Source: Laetmonice hystrix
Taxonomy: Eukaryota
DNA: 64,000 nucleotides
Direction: 5' to 3'
Assembly: GCA_965235115.1 (NCBI GenBank)
Contig: OZ249436.1
Span: 15,564,001-15,628,000, forward strand
Positions within the stretch are counted from its first letter, which is position 1, and every line of letters begins with the position of its first letter. A program made the position numbers and the translations under genes. Below are positions 12,025-24,591 of the stretch, piece by piece. The notes below the pieces were generated by a model. It was not told the DNA's origin, did no database searches, and worked only from the letters and a program-made list of their open reading frames with translations.

Positions 12025-14774
12025 ATGGAAGGGGAATCACTCTGTCAGACGGCCTGTCAGACACCGAAACAGTCGTTGAAGAAAAACAGGATATTACTCG
12101 GCTGTACTGGAAGTGTTGCCTCCATAAAGATTCCTGAAATTATAAACCATTTGTTGAATATAAACTACGACGTAAGTATTGCAAGACAGTGTTAGGTTGT
12201 GACTGTTCAGTTGCGTGTTACTGTTGTGTGCTCACGCCGCACTGTAACTGTACTGCCAGTGTAGGCCTACGCTGCGGCAAAGCCTTTGGGGCAAATGACA
12301 ACATGTGGGACTCAGTCTTTGCCCGCGTCTGGCGCGAACTCGGCCGTGTCAAGCTCAAGTCAGTCAAGTCCAACACGAAGATGCCAAAAGAAAGAAAGAA
12401 AGAAAGAAAAAATATATAAACATAAATGCGAGGAGTCTCCCATATCATCTCACGATACAAGTGAACTTAGCCTTAGGGGCCGTCCATAAATTACATAATG
12501 CTCAGGCAGGGGGATGGATCCGATGGTGGGTAGGCCTATACCGTATAAGTATTGGACTGAGTCTGAGTGTCGTTGCCAGGCCTATTACAGAGGCCAGTTA
12601 GTGGCGTATACCCAGAAACTGCCAACTGGACCCAGGGGGGTGCTGGAAATAACCAAGGTCGTAGGCGCCACAAAAAAATTGGGAGGGGGCTGTGGGCAAC
12701 AAGCGCCCCCCCCCCCAAAAAAAATTAAAAAACTGGGCAAATTGCGGGGGGTGTTTGAGCACCCGAAGCACCCCCCCCCCGGGTATGCCACTGCAAGTGG
12801 TATATGACTATGTCCAAGCGTTATGGTCATAAAGGTCATTTTAGTTAGGCCTGCAGACATATATGCCTGTAATAAGGAAAAAAAGTGGAATAATAATATT
12901 AACTGCAGATTTTACTTCAGGTTGACATCCAGCTTGTGACTACAGAAAATGCATGCCATTTCTTCAAACCAGAGGACTTGCCAGTAACTATTCATAGAGA
13001 TGAACATGAGTGGCAGGTAGGAAAACCTTTCCATGTAGACTAGTGTGTCCGCATTAAAGGGGCACCGTAAAGACTTTCCTCAACCGTTAAATAAATCCCA
13101 AAAATCTAGGTGACGCCCTTACTATGAAGCTGCATAGTTTTTCATTGATTTCTGCGTGTTGTTGAGTATATTTTGTGTTGAAGTAGACCTTGACTGTGGT
13201 GAAACTTACTAAAACTGCAATGCTTGAAGTTTTCCTGCTGCCTCTTGGAGATGGACATCACCCATTTCATAATTGTTCTCTGGGCGGGGTATCCACGAGG
13301 TAGTTTATCATTGTGGGCAAGATTATACGGTGCCCCTTTTATAGTTGGTACCAGACACTGTGCACACTTGGAATTTGAAATTCTAATGAGCTGTGGTTGA
13401 TTACGTATAAATTACTAAATCTGTTTAGATGAAAGCAACTTGACCCAATGAGAGCAGATGACTCTGGATGTGTGATGTTTTAGTGTTGACAATACTAAGA
13501 CAATATTCAGATTTACTTGATATGATGAGTTGTGTATATTTACAGAGTTGGCAGAAACGTGGTGACCCAGTACTACACATTGAACTGCGGAGATGGGCTG
13601 ATATGTTAGTTATTGCACCCCTTGATGCAAATACGATGGCCAAGATAGCATCTGGCCTATGTGATAACCTACTGGTATGAATTCTCTTTTGCAGATTTTC
13701 TGAACTAGGACTAGGGTAGCCTTAAAGTTAATATTACAACAGCAGAAATTCAAAAGCTATGACAAAACAAACTGACTGTTAAAAGTTCAGAGATATCTGT
13801 TCATAATTGTGTTTCAAATGAAGTATAGACTCTGATAAGTAATATTTTAAATTTAATGTTTATGGTCCACTCTAGTTCAGGCCTGTGCTGTAGTGGGGTG
13901 GTGGTGATGGTGGTGGTGAGGGGGGGGGGGGGCTGTGTACATCCCCAGTGTTTAACCCATACCGTTACCTGTACATTAACACGTTGATTGGACTCACACC
14001 ACAGACCTGCGTGGTACGAGCGTGGGACCTCGACTGCCCCCTGTTGTTTGCGCCTGCAATGAATACATTCATGTGGGAGCACCCCCTAACGGAAGAACAT
14101 CTAACTAGACTCAAAGGTCTCGGATACCGCGAGATCCCTTGCGTAGAAAAAACACTGGTGTGCGGTGACAGGGGTAAGACATCGACTTTATGTTTGATAA
14201 AAAGTAATTTTTTTTATCCGTTGCACTAAATTATTTCCCACAGTGAAATATCAGGTATGCATTGGAAAGCTAGCAGGCCCTCAGTTATAACATTCACGAC
14301 CACTGGCAGGGCGTGCCGTACGCCAAGACGCCCAGACGTACAATTTCAATAGTTTTAAGCCTGTACACAACCAGTTATATTGTAATCATATTAGTTTAAA
14401 TATATTTTCATATAAAGCTTTCAACCTGTTTTAAACTAATTAACCTGCCAAATTTCTGTGGCTTACATTTGGTGCATACACATAAAAAGAAAACGCTAGG
14501 TGCACCCCTGAATGGTAGCCTTTTTGCTGGTTATAATTAATTAAATAATTGATCTATCTATCAATTCAATTCGAGTTCGACTGCTTTTTTCCGCAGGGCC
14601 AAGTAAAAACATGTTCGACATATCCTGTAGCCCTAGATTGTGCATGCAATTAATCCAGAGACTTTTTGTTAATTCTATGCCGGTATTTTTGTAGGCTTCG
14701 GAGCCATGGCTGAGGTGTCGACCATTGTGAATGAGATTGGACGAGTTCTAGAAGAGATCAACGGCAAAAGCTGA
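12025..14774 (+). CDS. PPCDC: Phosphopantothenoylcysteine decarboxylase (CoA biosynthesis, HFCD flavoprotein), 5 exons, 206 aa
   Basis: Exons 12025-12171, 12921-13016, 13546-13674, 14005-14173, 14695-14774, all GT-AG and in phase. Motifs ILLGCTGSVASIK, PVLHIELRRWAD, APLDANT, PAMNT.MWEHP, LVCGD.G.GAMAEV. AATAAA near 14910. Confidence 0.96.
12600..12793. mobile_element. Short interspersed TIR element (CAGTGGCG-type, hAT-like ends), copy 1 of 3
   Basis: Same internal sequence (acccagaaact..ggacccagggggtgctggaaat..gagcaccc.aagcaccccc) recurs at 21998-22158 and, inverted, at 40567-40738. Confidence 0.7.
13054..13341. mobile_element. MITE with TTAA-type flanks (Kolobok-like)
   Basis: ttaa-AGGGGCACCGTA ... 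TACGGTGCCCCT-ttta terminal inverted repeat. Confidence 0.55.
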
Positions 14775-16072
14775 TATCAAAGAATTGTAACGTAACGTTA
14801 CAATCTTTCCTGATATCTGGCACGGCGTTTGTATATGTCAGATAAATAACGTACTCTTGAATTGTACATATTTCTGTATCAAGTTGTATGTGATAACATA
14901 AGATACATCAATAAAATTTTATCATACGTAATTTCCCCTCCTCATCGCGTTCACTTTGATCTCATCCCTACCATTACATAGAGACTGACTAGGGTAATTA
15001 AGGAGTTTGAGATTAAAGGAAAATATCTCACGAATTTTAAGTCAAACGTGACGTTTCACAAAGAATGTCTGCATTGCGGTTCTCTGATATTATGATCCAA
15101 AGCTCCCCTACCATTCCATGTAGACTTGGCGGTTATTATAATAAATTTTAATAGTCGCCAAATATTATTTCAGTCACTGAAAATGACTTATTTGGCCTCC
15201 GAGACCCGGGAGTTATTTTTTCATATTCTTCCTAACACGGCTATGCAAATTATGGTCTGTAAATTAGAAGCGCCCCTGTCAGTATTTACAATATAAATGT
15301 TCGATCTGTACTAGCGAAAATAGATTTTCGAAAATTGTCAGTATTATTCTCGGGAAAATCATGAATTCTGCAATCACATTCGTTGCGGACTGTTAGCGAA
15401 GGGAGGGGCCTAGATCTATACTCTACAACAGTGAACACCACATTCAAACGATTGGCGACATATCAAAACGGCGGCATTCATCGTGTTTGCGTGCAAACAC
15501 GATGAATTACGCAAACGATGAATTTCACAGCTGTCTACTCAGAGCTTGTGTGGACAACAGAATCAATATGAAAAACATTCAGTGCCATTAGGTCAGTGCT
15601 GAGGTGGTGAGCATAAATGTGAAGATTCAGATGATCCAGCGGGTGCTTTTTTTCTGTTACCATTTTTGTGTGCAAATAATGCGGGCGGGAATGTAAACCG
15701 AATGGTAAGTTACGTCTGGCCCACCGACCCAAAAACGATTTGTGGCACAGAGGGCTGTTTATCTAGGCCCTGGAGCGTCCTTGTGACCTACTTTACGAAG
15801 GTAAAACTGTTACAGGGACGACCAGCAATACCGTCAGGACATAGAACCGTCCGGTCCAGTTCTATGGTCAGGACAAGAGAGCACCAACATCATTTAGAAA
15901 ACTGGAAGGTGATTTAATTACTGCTTGTATCATAGATCTATACCAGAGGAGGAATCGGGAGGGGACCACCTTTATTTCTGTAACGCCTGTCTAGTCAAAC
16001 GAGCAAAGAACAATTCTTGAACGAGTTTGATATTTTGCAGCGGCTCCACAGCTGTATAGATGATCCAGGACC

Positions 16073-17632
16073 ATGGACGGAGGCGTGTTGACCAAACTGA
16101 CGTGTGTTACGGCTCTCCTCTGCTGGGCCAGGCCCACCGACGGGGCCAGAATCTTGATGCTACCATTCTTTCATTATAGTCACGTGAACTTCTTCTCCGT
16201 TGCCGGAGTGGCGTTGAAAGAGGCTGGCCACGAGGTGCACGTCCTCTCTATTCCTAAGTACAAGGATACCATTGTAAAGGCAGGCCTCAATCATCTCATT
16301 TTTGAAACTATTCGAGATGATGATATCCATCGGGCAGTTGATGGTATGGCGGCAGACGTTGCAAAGGGCCAAGATGCTAGTTTCTTTGCAACCATTCGGA
16401 AAACACTTCCTGTATTCTCTGACATGTGCGCTCAAATTCAACGTGATTCGGAGTTTATGAAGAAAGTTGAGAGCTTGAACTTTGACCTGGCTATGGTGGA
16501 CGGACTTCCTGTGTTTTCTTGTATCTACGTGTTACCTTATCGTTTTGGGATCAAACACGTGACGCTGTCAGCAATGCATGACCCCTGGACAATGGGGATT
16601 CCAGCGATGCCTTCCGTAGAGCCTCATCAGATGACCAGTTTCTCCAATCCAATGTCGTTTCTCCAACGGGTTAAGAATACCATCCCGTATTTAGCTCTGT
16701 ACCTATCACCAATCTCCTATTTTTACAGTGCAGAGCACATGAATGAATTTATAACGGGAAAGGAACATTCAACATTCAGCGCCTTAGCGAGAAAGTCGGA
16801 AATATATATGGTGTTACTCGATGGCACATGCTTCGATTATCCACGCGTATCGGCACCGCACTATAAATTTGTTGGCGGGGTAAGCGCCAAACCAGCCAAA
16901 CCACTGCCGCCTGAATTTGCAGAGTTTGTGGATGGAGCCAAGCATGGGGTCATACTGGTCAGTTTTGGATCCGTCAAAGCATGGCAGGCGGTATGGACAC
17001 GCTTTAAAAAACCATTCATGGAAGCATTTAGCCGCATGGAGCAGCGGGTCGTCGTTCAATACTCGACCCCGGAGGACCGGGAGGGCGTCCCTGCCAACGT
17101 CAAGCTCTCCTCGTGGATTCCCCAGAACGATCTGCTCGGCCACCCAAACGCCCGGTTATTTGTGACCCATGGTGGCAATAATGGCCAGTTGGAGTCTGTT
17201 TACCACGGGGTTCCTATGTTAACCATCCCATTCAGTGGCGACCAGTTTTACAATGGTATACGGGCCGAATCAAGAGGCTACGGGAAGATGTTGGAACGGA
17301 GCATGGCAACCGCGCAGAATCTTTATGAAACCATGCAAGAACTTGTCTACAACACGACCTACAGAGAAAATGTCCGCAAATGTTCGGCCATAATGAAAAG
17401 CCTGCCGAGTCCACAGGATAATATCGTGTTCTGGGTCGATCATGTTCTCAGGTTTGGTGGCGGCCATCTCAGACCACCGAGCTTTGATCTCTCGTTCTTC
17501 TCCGTCTTCATGATCGATGTCCTTCTCTTCTTTCTTTTAATTATAGCGGCCGTCACATTCATATTGGTATGTTGTTGTCGGTACATCTGCAGATTATGTC
17601 GGCCAAAGGCAGCAAAGACAAAATCAGAGTGA
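16073..17632 (+). CDS. UDP-glucuronosyl/UDP-glycosyltransferase (GT1), single coding exon, 519 aa
   Basis: Signal peptide, catalytic His (HYSHV), UGT signature WIPQNDLLGHPNARLFVTHGGNNGQLESVYHGVPMLTIPFSGDQ, C-terminal TM helix and KxKxx ER-retrieval end (KTKSE). Likely 5'UTR intron 15705-16040. Confidence 0.96.
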   Translation: MDGGVLTKLTCVTALLCWARPTDGARILMLPFFHYSHVNFFSVAGVALKEAGHEVHVLSIPKYKDTIVKAGLNHLIFETIRDDDIHRAVDGMAADVAKGQDASFFATIRKTLPVFSDMCAQIQRDSEFMKKVESLNFDLAMVDGLPVFSCIYVLPYRFGIKHVTLSAMHDPWTMGIPAMPSVEPHQMTSFSNPMSFLQRVKNTIPYLALYLSPISYFYSAEHMNEFITGKEHSTFSALARKSEIYMVLLDGTCFDYPRVSAPHYKFVGGVSAKPAKPLPPEFAEFVDGAKHGVILVSFGSVKAWQAVWTRFKKPFMEAFSRMEQRVVVQYSTPEDREGVPANVKLSSWIPQNDLLGHPNARLFVTHGGNNGQLESVYHGVPMLTIPFSGDQFYNGIRAESRGYGKMLERSMATAQNLYETMQELVYNTTYRENVRKCSAIMKSLPSPQDNIVFWVDHVLRFGGGHLRPPSFDLSFFSVFMIDVLLFFLLIIAAVTFILVCCCRYICRLCRPKAAKTKSE

Positions 17633-18776
17633 CCATGCCTTGATCCACTACAGCGGTGGCACACCATAAGTTTACCGCTAGTTCACCGCATGGCGTACCG
17701 CTTACGTACCGCTTCTTTACCGCTACACGGAACGGTCGTTATTGTGCGTTCACATCACAAAATACAAAGTCCTCCCTGCTTATGTCTTGTATAATTATTG
17801 ATTAATTATTGAAGAAACCTAAGAGAAGGCACGCCACATTGGTGCGTGAGTGGATTGGAGTGGATTAAGGAAATAAAAATGTTTTTTCCCCCATGATAAC
17901 TTTACCACAAATGTTTTGGCCAGGAGTTCGGGTTAAGGTCAGGGATAGGGATAGGGATATGTTTTGGGGAGGTGTAGGGGTCGGGGTTTGGGATAAGGTG
18001 AGGGCTATGGATATTTACTTTCGACCAAATTTCGTGGGGTTTAAGTTATCATGGGCGATGTTCCATAAACATTATCCCAAACAAAAAATACTGTTTTTAA
18101 ACTACTTGGGCATGAGCCTATAGATCTAGTGTGGCTTCTGCCCATTTTTGTCATTGGTGCAGATGATGTAATGTGAGAGAAATAACTATCACTACAAGAA
18201 GAGCTGGAAGCGGTGCATGATAACGATAGATAGGAGCTACATACCCACCCAATAGACACGTTGGGGCAAGTTGGTAGATTGTCGAAATATCTGATAAAGT
18301 TGAGGCCTCCAAACCTTTTTGACTGCGCGCTATAGAGCGGTGCACTGCTGTACCGGAGAGGAAAGTTCCGAGGGGGCAAAAGTCCGAGGGGAAAAGGTCC
18401 TATAGGTTGAATGTCCTCGGGCGGCAAAGGTACTGGGGGGGGGGATGTCCTGCGGGATAATGTCCAACACATGTCCGGGGGAAAGGGTCCGGGGGAAAGG
18501 GTCCGGGGGAAAGGGTCCGGGGGAAAGGGTCCGGCGGGCGAGTTATATATAGTGTACGAGAACCACCCAGGACCCACCGCGAGAACTGACCCTTTGGTTC
18601 GTATATTTCCTATCTTTGACAATCATGTTATCCTTTTTGAACGTAGGCCTTCACCAAAAGGCTATGATACGTGCCAGTTGATTATAGTACTATTGCAGTA
18701 TTAGCATAATTATAGGCAGTAGCGGATCGGGTGGAGGGCAAGGAGAGTAGGACCTCCTTTGGCGTCATTTTGTCTC

Positions 18777-19880
18777 TTTTTAGCCCCCACAACGGGGGCT
18801 TATAATTCGACCTCCGTCCGTCCGTACGTACGTCCGTCCGTCCGTATGTCCGTAGACAGCGATTTCTCAGAAGTGTATGGGTCGATTTCTTTGAAACTTC
18901 ACACAAGGATCAGGGATGAACTGAGGATGATGCACGTCAAACAGATTTTTGATATCATTCAAAATGGCCGCTTGGCGGCCATCCTGGACATTTTGAGCAA
19001 TAACTCAGCCAAAACAATCACGATTTCTTTCAAACATGGTGCAGGGATGAGGCATAATGAGGGCCAATATGCATCACAATAAAATTTCACTTCAGATCCA
19101 AAATGGCGACATGGCGGCCATATTTGTTTCTTGACTCCCACAATGACACTGTTTTGGCTTATATCTCGAAAACGGTGCAAGATAAGGCAATAGTTATTAT
19201 TGACAGATAGGAAGTCATATATGACGTTTCATTTGGCGCCATTTTCGATGACCTTGAGCGACCTTGAAAGGTCAATCAAGGTCCTGCATATTTTCAATAG
19301 CCTGGATCTTCAAAACAGTTAAAGATAACGACATAATCTTGCATGAAACATTACATAATAACCAGGGACAGTCTAAGGAGGACACAGGTCAAATATATCA
19401 TTAAAAATAGCTGCTTGGTGGCCATCTCGGATTTAAAGAAATTCGAAGCAATAACTCTGACATTTTCTGGATTTCGTTCTTGCTGACAGAATGCATGAGG
19501 GGCAACAAGCGTGCCAAAAGTACGCATAGTTCCTGGACCCACAGATAATTTGTCCCTACTCAGTTGGTTCACGCCAGATAACGCTATCAAACTGTACATA
19601 ACTGACCTCTAAAGGTCAATCGAGGTCAAGCATATCTACAAAACACTTCACGTCGGATAACACTATCAAACTGTACATAACTGCATAGTTATTGCAGACA
19701 CATGCATCTTTACGCCGGATAACGCCATCAAGCTGTACATAACTGCATAGAACTTTACTAAGTTTACGAAGTTTCATTTGACAATAATTCCTTTGCCCTT
19801 CAAAGATCAATTGAAGTCGTGCATCGTTTTTTCAAGAATCCATAGTTCGTGGTGGGGGCTATAAGCTTCACAAGCTTGTT
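18777..19880 (+). mobile_element. Helentron-associated non-autonomous element (HINE/DINE-1-like), nested in a GGATCC-type MITE (about 18718-19982)
   Basis: T-run plus subterminal IR TAGCCCCCAC with nearby partner GGGGGCTTA, then (TCCG)n microsatellite, internal short tandem repeats at about 19573-19750, 3' IR GTGGGGGCTA and terminal hairpin AAGCTT-cac-AAGCTT-gtt. Confidence 0.7.
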
Positions 19881-20576
19881 CCCATATAGAGCGTTCTGAG
19901 TTGACCGTGTTGCACCCCCTCATCTTTTTACCAGATCCCCCCATACGACCAGCGCCTTTCCATATCCCTGGATCCGCCCCTGTGACATGACCGTGTGGTA
20001 TACGAATATAGGGCCTGTGTTATTTTGTATCGCCTGAGTTCATTTAAAAATATTTAATCAGTAGATCTATGGGTTTACATAGATCAAAGGTAAAAGATAA
20101 GGTATAACATGAATTGACATGTGCCTTGTACCTGTGAATAACCGGAAAAGTGTCTTCTATGTTTAGTTTGTAAATGTGTTAGATTTGGTCAACATTGGAA
20201 TTTACAGTGGGCCAAACACACGAAAAGTACGTTTGGCAGATGAACTGGTGTAATAGTCTACTCGCACTGAGAAGCGTTTTGTAAGCGCCTATACAGGGGT
20301 AAATACGTGGAAGTCGTGTCCTAAATTCTGCCCCGCGCCTGACAATGTGAGACCAGGCGCTGTATACTTATTGTGATTAGATGACGACCTCAATAAACAT
20401 GTTGAATGATTTTGGGCCCTTGTAGTTTGTTTATTGACCCAGGCACGTATACACAGGACGAGGGGTGGGGGTCGGGGCGTCGGGGGGGGGGGGGGGGGGG
20501 GGCATGAGTCTGGAACCCCTGGACCCCCCCCCCCCTGAGCGAGTATGAAATTCTGTATTTAATATTAGTGAACATA

Positions 20577-21058
20577 TTAAAACAAACACCGGTAATCTCT
20601 TAGTTTAATGACTCCAAAATGTTGACCATGGGCTGTTAGGTTAGATAAGGCGTTAGACGACATAAATCAATAAATGTATAGATCTACCCACAGACATGAG
20701 CTGTTAGGTCAGATATAAATCAATAAACGTATACCCACAGACATGGGCTGTTATGTTAGATAATGCCTTAGACTACATAAATCAAGCGATCGGCTTAGGG
20801 CTGGTTGTTGGCGGAATTGTTAACCTGCCATTGACTTGAAATTCATCGGGCGATGCCAGATCAACGATTTTGTCAACAACTAGCCATAAGACGGTCGCTT
20901 CATAGCGACAACAGACAACTGGAATGTTGAGTTAGATTTCTCCATTTCTGTGGGTATTTTATTGATTTTCATGTAGTCTAACGCCCTTTCTATAACCTAA
21001 CAGCCCATGTTTTCATATTGGAGTCATTGAGCATAGAGATAATTGGCGTTTGCTTTAA
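20577..21058. mobile_element. Fold-back MITE with TTAA ends
   Basis: Long imperfect inverted repeat ttaaaacaaacacc..atctct..aatgactccaa..catgggctgttaggtta / taacctaacagcccatg..ttggagtcatt..agagat..ggcgtttgctttaa. Confidence 0.6.
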
Positions 21059-21997
21059 GAAATAGCAGGACCAATATTCATAGGCCTACAAATAGATCTG
21101 TAGGCCTATGCCTATGCCCCTTTCTTCAAGTCGAGGAGCTGGACGGAAGGGGGGGGGGGCTTATACAAGCCTAGTTACTTATTGCCATCAAATCCATATA
21201 GGCCTACCCGACGAGTTAAGCCTATATTTCAACTGAACATTGGGCGTTACGCAATTTTTCTTACCCGGCTCAATATATAAGCAGTCTTTATCAGAACCTT
21301 TAGACTACCATGCATCGATAGGGTCTATATGTGTTATAAATATAGGCCTGGGCAGCAAGAAGAGGGGGTCAAAAGCCACTTTATATGTAGACCAGGCTTC
21401 TATAACGGATCTAGGTGAGGCCCTGGACGAAAGCAGGCCGGGTCAGTATCAGTGCCAATAAAGAGGCCACGGGGACGCTCGCTCCCAACAGTTACGTTGG
21501 CGCATGGTCCAAAAAGTCTCCTACTCATTCTAAGCTGCTTCAGAGTGACACCAGATTGTTGTGAGCGACGGACGTATACTGCATACCTAGGTAAGTGAAT
21601 TCAGTGGGGGCCATGCAGAGCCACATAATCATTTTATGTAAAGTAGGCATACATCGTCTCCAGGATTTCTAAAGGGTGGGTCAAATTCAACTTGGCGGGG
21701 GGGGGGGGGGGGGGGAGCTGGTCAGCACAGAGTTACCGTACCAGAAGAAAAATTACGAAAAATGGTAACTCAACTTCATTAATCATACAAAGTTTAGGGG
21801 CACCGTTGGCAAAGGCCGGGTCGTTCGCGCCCCCGACCGCCTCCCCTCGGACGCCTGGGCCTATGGTATATAGGTAACGCGCGTGCTGGCCTACTGTTTT
21901 TGTGTGTTGACCTATTGACGTTTTGTGTTTTGGGCCTATATGTTAAGTGGTGAGATATACAAATATATATGGTACCGTTATACTGTCTACAGGGGGG

Positions 21998-22158
21998 CAG
22001 TGTCGTACCCAGAAACTGGACCCAGGGGGGTGCTGGAAATGACCAACGTCGTATAGGCGCTCCAAATTGTGAGGGGGGTGTGGGCAACAAGCGCACCAAA
22101 AATGGGGAAATTGATGTGCTTGAGCACCCCAAGCACCCCCCCCCCCGGTACGCTACTG
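21998..22158. mobile_element. CAGTGGCG-type short TIR element, copy 2
   Basis: Similar to 12600-12793 and 40567-40738. Confidence 0.7.
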
Positions 22159-23040
22159 GGGGAGGGGGGAGGGGTGGGGGTGAACAGAAAAGTCTGTTTT
22201 GGTGATTTTTGATTTTACGGCCAATCATAATGATGAAATGCGTAGATCGGCCGGCCAGGCCAGTGGATCAGGCTCTTTACTTTTGGTCTACACCCACTAT
22301 AGGCCCTATACTTGTCCATGTATATATAGGCCTATCCTGGTTTAATAATTATGTAGTTTGCTGGCCGTCCTGAGTCATTCTGAAATATGTATCGATTCCC
22401 TCTACGCTTTTGCCCTATATTAGACCTATATATAGACCTTAATTCGCTTAAATATGCAGGCCTGGTGGTTTGTATACATTTAGGAAACGGGACGGGGGGT
22501 GGTGAGTGAAAGAGGGACGTTTGGCTAACAGGAGGGTTGAGCATGCAGGGTCAATACAGAACGTTGTATGATGAAAAAAAGATTAGCAAGGGGGGAGCAA
22601 CCCCACAACCCCCTCCTTTTGTATCCGCCACTGTACGGGGGGCGGGGCGTTTAGTATCCAGGCACTTGAACAACGAAACTATTAAACAGGGCAGCAGCGA
22701 AGGTTGGTCATTCTAGTTTGTGTGAAATTTGAAAATGATAATACTTTTACAGAATGAAAGATTGTTAAAAATGTATAATTAATCTTTGGATTTGGAAATC
22801 ACAAAGGCCTAGTAATGGAAATCTCATTTGTATATAAATTTAATGGAAGTAACTTCTCAAAGGGCAAAGCATGTTGGCCTATACTGTACCTTGTCGCCCG
22901 CATTCATAAGAGGACGTATAATCTGCGACATAATTCTGGCACGTAAATACTTAAGGAATCCCTTATAATGTCACTGCATCTATAATGGAGATAAAGAAAT
23001 ATAATGTTTTCTTCCTAGATCTGTCGTCTAGAACACCAGG

Positions 23041-24591
23041 ATGGGTACACAGACGTGTGTAATGGTGACCGTCCTCCTCCTCCTGTGTACATGGACTCAG
23101 GTCGATGGTGCGCGCATTTTGCTCGTTCCTGGTCCACATTACAGCCACGTCAATTTCTTCTCGGTGGCGGGAAGGGCCCTGGCCGACGCTGGACACGACG
23201 TCTATGTTCTGACCATTTTTAACTTCGAACCAGTCGTGAGGAAACATGACCTCAACCCGCTAATCCATACCCCACCAGATAAACAGGACTATTATACAAG
23301 GATGGAACCTCTGATTAACGGTGTCCTAAAAGGAACACAGAATGGTGCGGTGCTGGTGACCACTTTTCTACCAATGGTTGCAGATATCTGTGTGGAAATT
23401 TTGAGGAACGAAAAGTTAATGGCTGAAGTTGATGCCCTTAAATTCGACCTTGCTCTTCAGGAGGGGGTTTTGTTTTTCTCGTGTTTATATGCCATCCCAT
23501 ATAGGTTTGGGATCCCCTACATAACCCTGTCTGCAATGACCGATCCATGGACACATGGAGTTTCGGCTATGCCGAGCGTTGAAGCAACGCAAGTATCTAC
23601 ATTCACGAATGAAATGACATTCTTTCAACGTTTAACAAACATTTTTCCATACCTCCTCATGTACATAAACCCAGTTTCATATCTGTACAGCGAGTCTATA
23701 CTTGGTGAATTCGCAGCGGATAAACCCAAAACAACGTTCCGAGAACTGGCCCGGAATTCGGAGATGGTACTCATCAACGGTGACGTGAACTGTGTCGATT
23801 ACCCGCGCGTCTCGGCGCCTAATTACCGTTTTATAGGCGGAGCCAGCGCGAAACCCGCCAAGCCTCTACCTGACGACCTGGAGGAGTTCGCCCAGGGTGC
23901 AGATCACGGGGTCGTCATACTAACCTTTGGTTCGGTCAAGTTTCTCCACTCTGTCTGGCCTAAGATTAAAACAAAATTCATGAAAGCATTCGCACGACTT
24001 CCACAACGTGTCATCGTTCAGTACTCCCTGGATGATGTATCCGACGCGCCACCTAACGTTAAACTAGTGAAATGGCTCCCTCAGAACGACCTGTTGGGGC
24101 ATTCCAAAACCAAACTGTTCATCACACATGGTGGCAACAACGGCCAGCTGGAGGCAATTTATCACGGGGTTCCACTGCTGACGGTCCCCTTTGCCGGAGA
24201 TCAGGCCTTTAACGGCGCACGGGCCGTTGGGCGGGGATATGGTCTCATGGTAGATAAATTGGAAGTCACCGAAGATGAGCTCTACGAAAGCATGAAAGAA
24301 ATACTGACCAACCCCAAGTATTCGGACAATGTAATGAGGTGCTCTGGCATCATCAAGAGCTTGCCGAGTTCCTCAGAATCCATTACCTTCTGGGTTAATC
24401 ATATTCTTCGTTTTGGAGGTTCTCACTTCACACCACCGAGTCATAACCTGAACCTTTTCCAGATGCTCATGGTTGATGTCTGGTTTTTCCTGTTTTCCGT
24501 TCTATTGATCAATGTCATGGTTGGTCTGTGTTGTTGCCGGTTTCTGTATAGAAAATGCTGTCGTGCTAAGCCCAAGGCAAAGTCAGACTAG
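23041..24591 (+). CDS. UDP-glucuronosyl/UDP-glycosyltransferase (GT1), tandem paralog, single coding exon, 516 aa
   Basis: DGARIL..HYSHVNFFSVAG shared with the first UGT; signature WLPQNDLLGHSKTKLFITHGGNNGQLEAIYHGVPLLTVPFAGDQ; TM helix and KAKSD end. Likely 5'UTR intron 21591-23018. Confidence 0.96.
   Translation: MGTQTCVMVTVLLLLCTWTQVDGARILLVPGPHYSHVNFFSVAGRALADAGHDVYVLTIFNFEPVVRKHDLNPLIHTPPDKQDYYTRMEPLINGVLKGTQNGAVLVTTFLPMVADICVEILRNEKLMAEVDALKFDLALQEGVLFFSCLYAIPYRFGIPYITLSAMTDPWTHGVSAMPSVEATQVSTFTNEMTFFQRLTNIFPYLLMYINPVSYLYSESILGEFAADKPKTTFRELARNSEMVLINGDVNCVDYPRVSAPNYRFIGGASAKPAKPLPDDLEEFAQGADHGVVILTFGSVKFLHSVWPKIKTKFMKAFARLPQRVIVQYSLDDVSDAPPNVKLVKWLPQNDLLGHSKTKLFITHGGNNGQLEAIYHGVPLLTVPFAGDQAFNGARAVGRGYGLMVDKLEVTEDELYESMKEILTNPKYSDNVMRCSGIIKSLPSSSESITFWVNHILRFGGSHFTPPSHNLNLFQMLMVDVWFFLFSVLLINVMVGLCCCRFLYRKCCRAKPKAKSD

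Noticed and set aside
18041..18704. Pro-rich 193-aa and Gly-rich 97-aa ORFs
   Set aside because: They arise from a GGGGGAAAGGGTCC low-complexity repeat; no recognisable domain.
20481..20535. Long poly-G/poly-C tracts here and elsewhere as functional G-quadruplex elements
   Set aside because: They mostly sit inside recurring MITE families, and homopolymer lengths are error-prone; there is no independent evidence of function.
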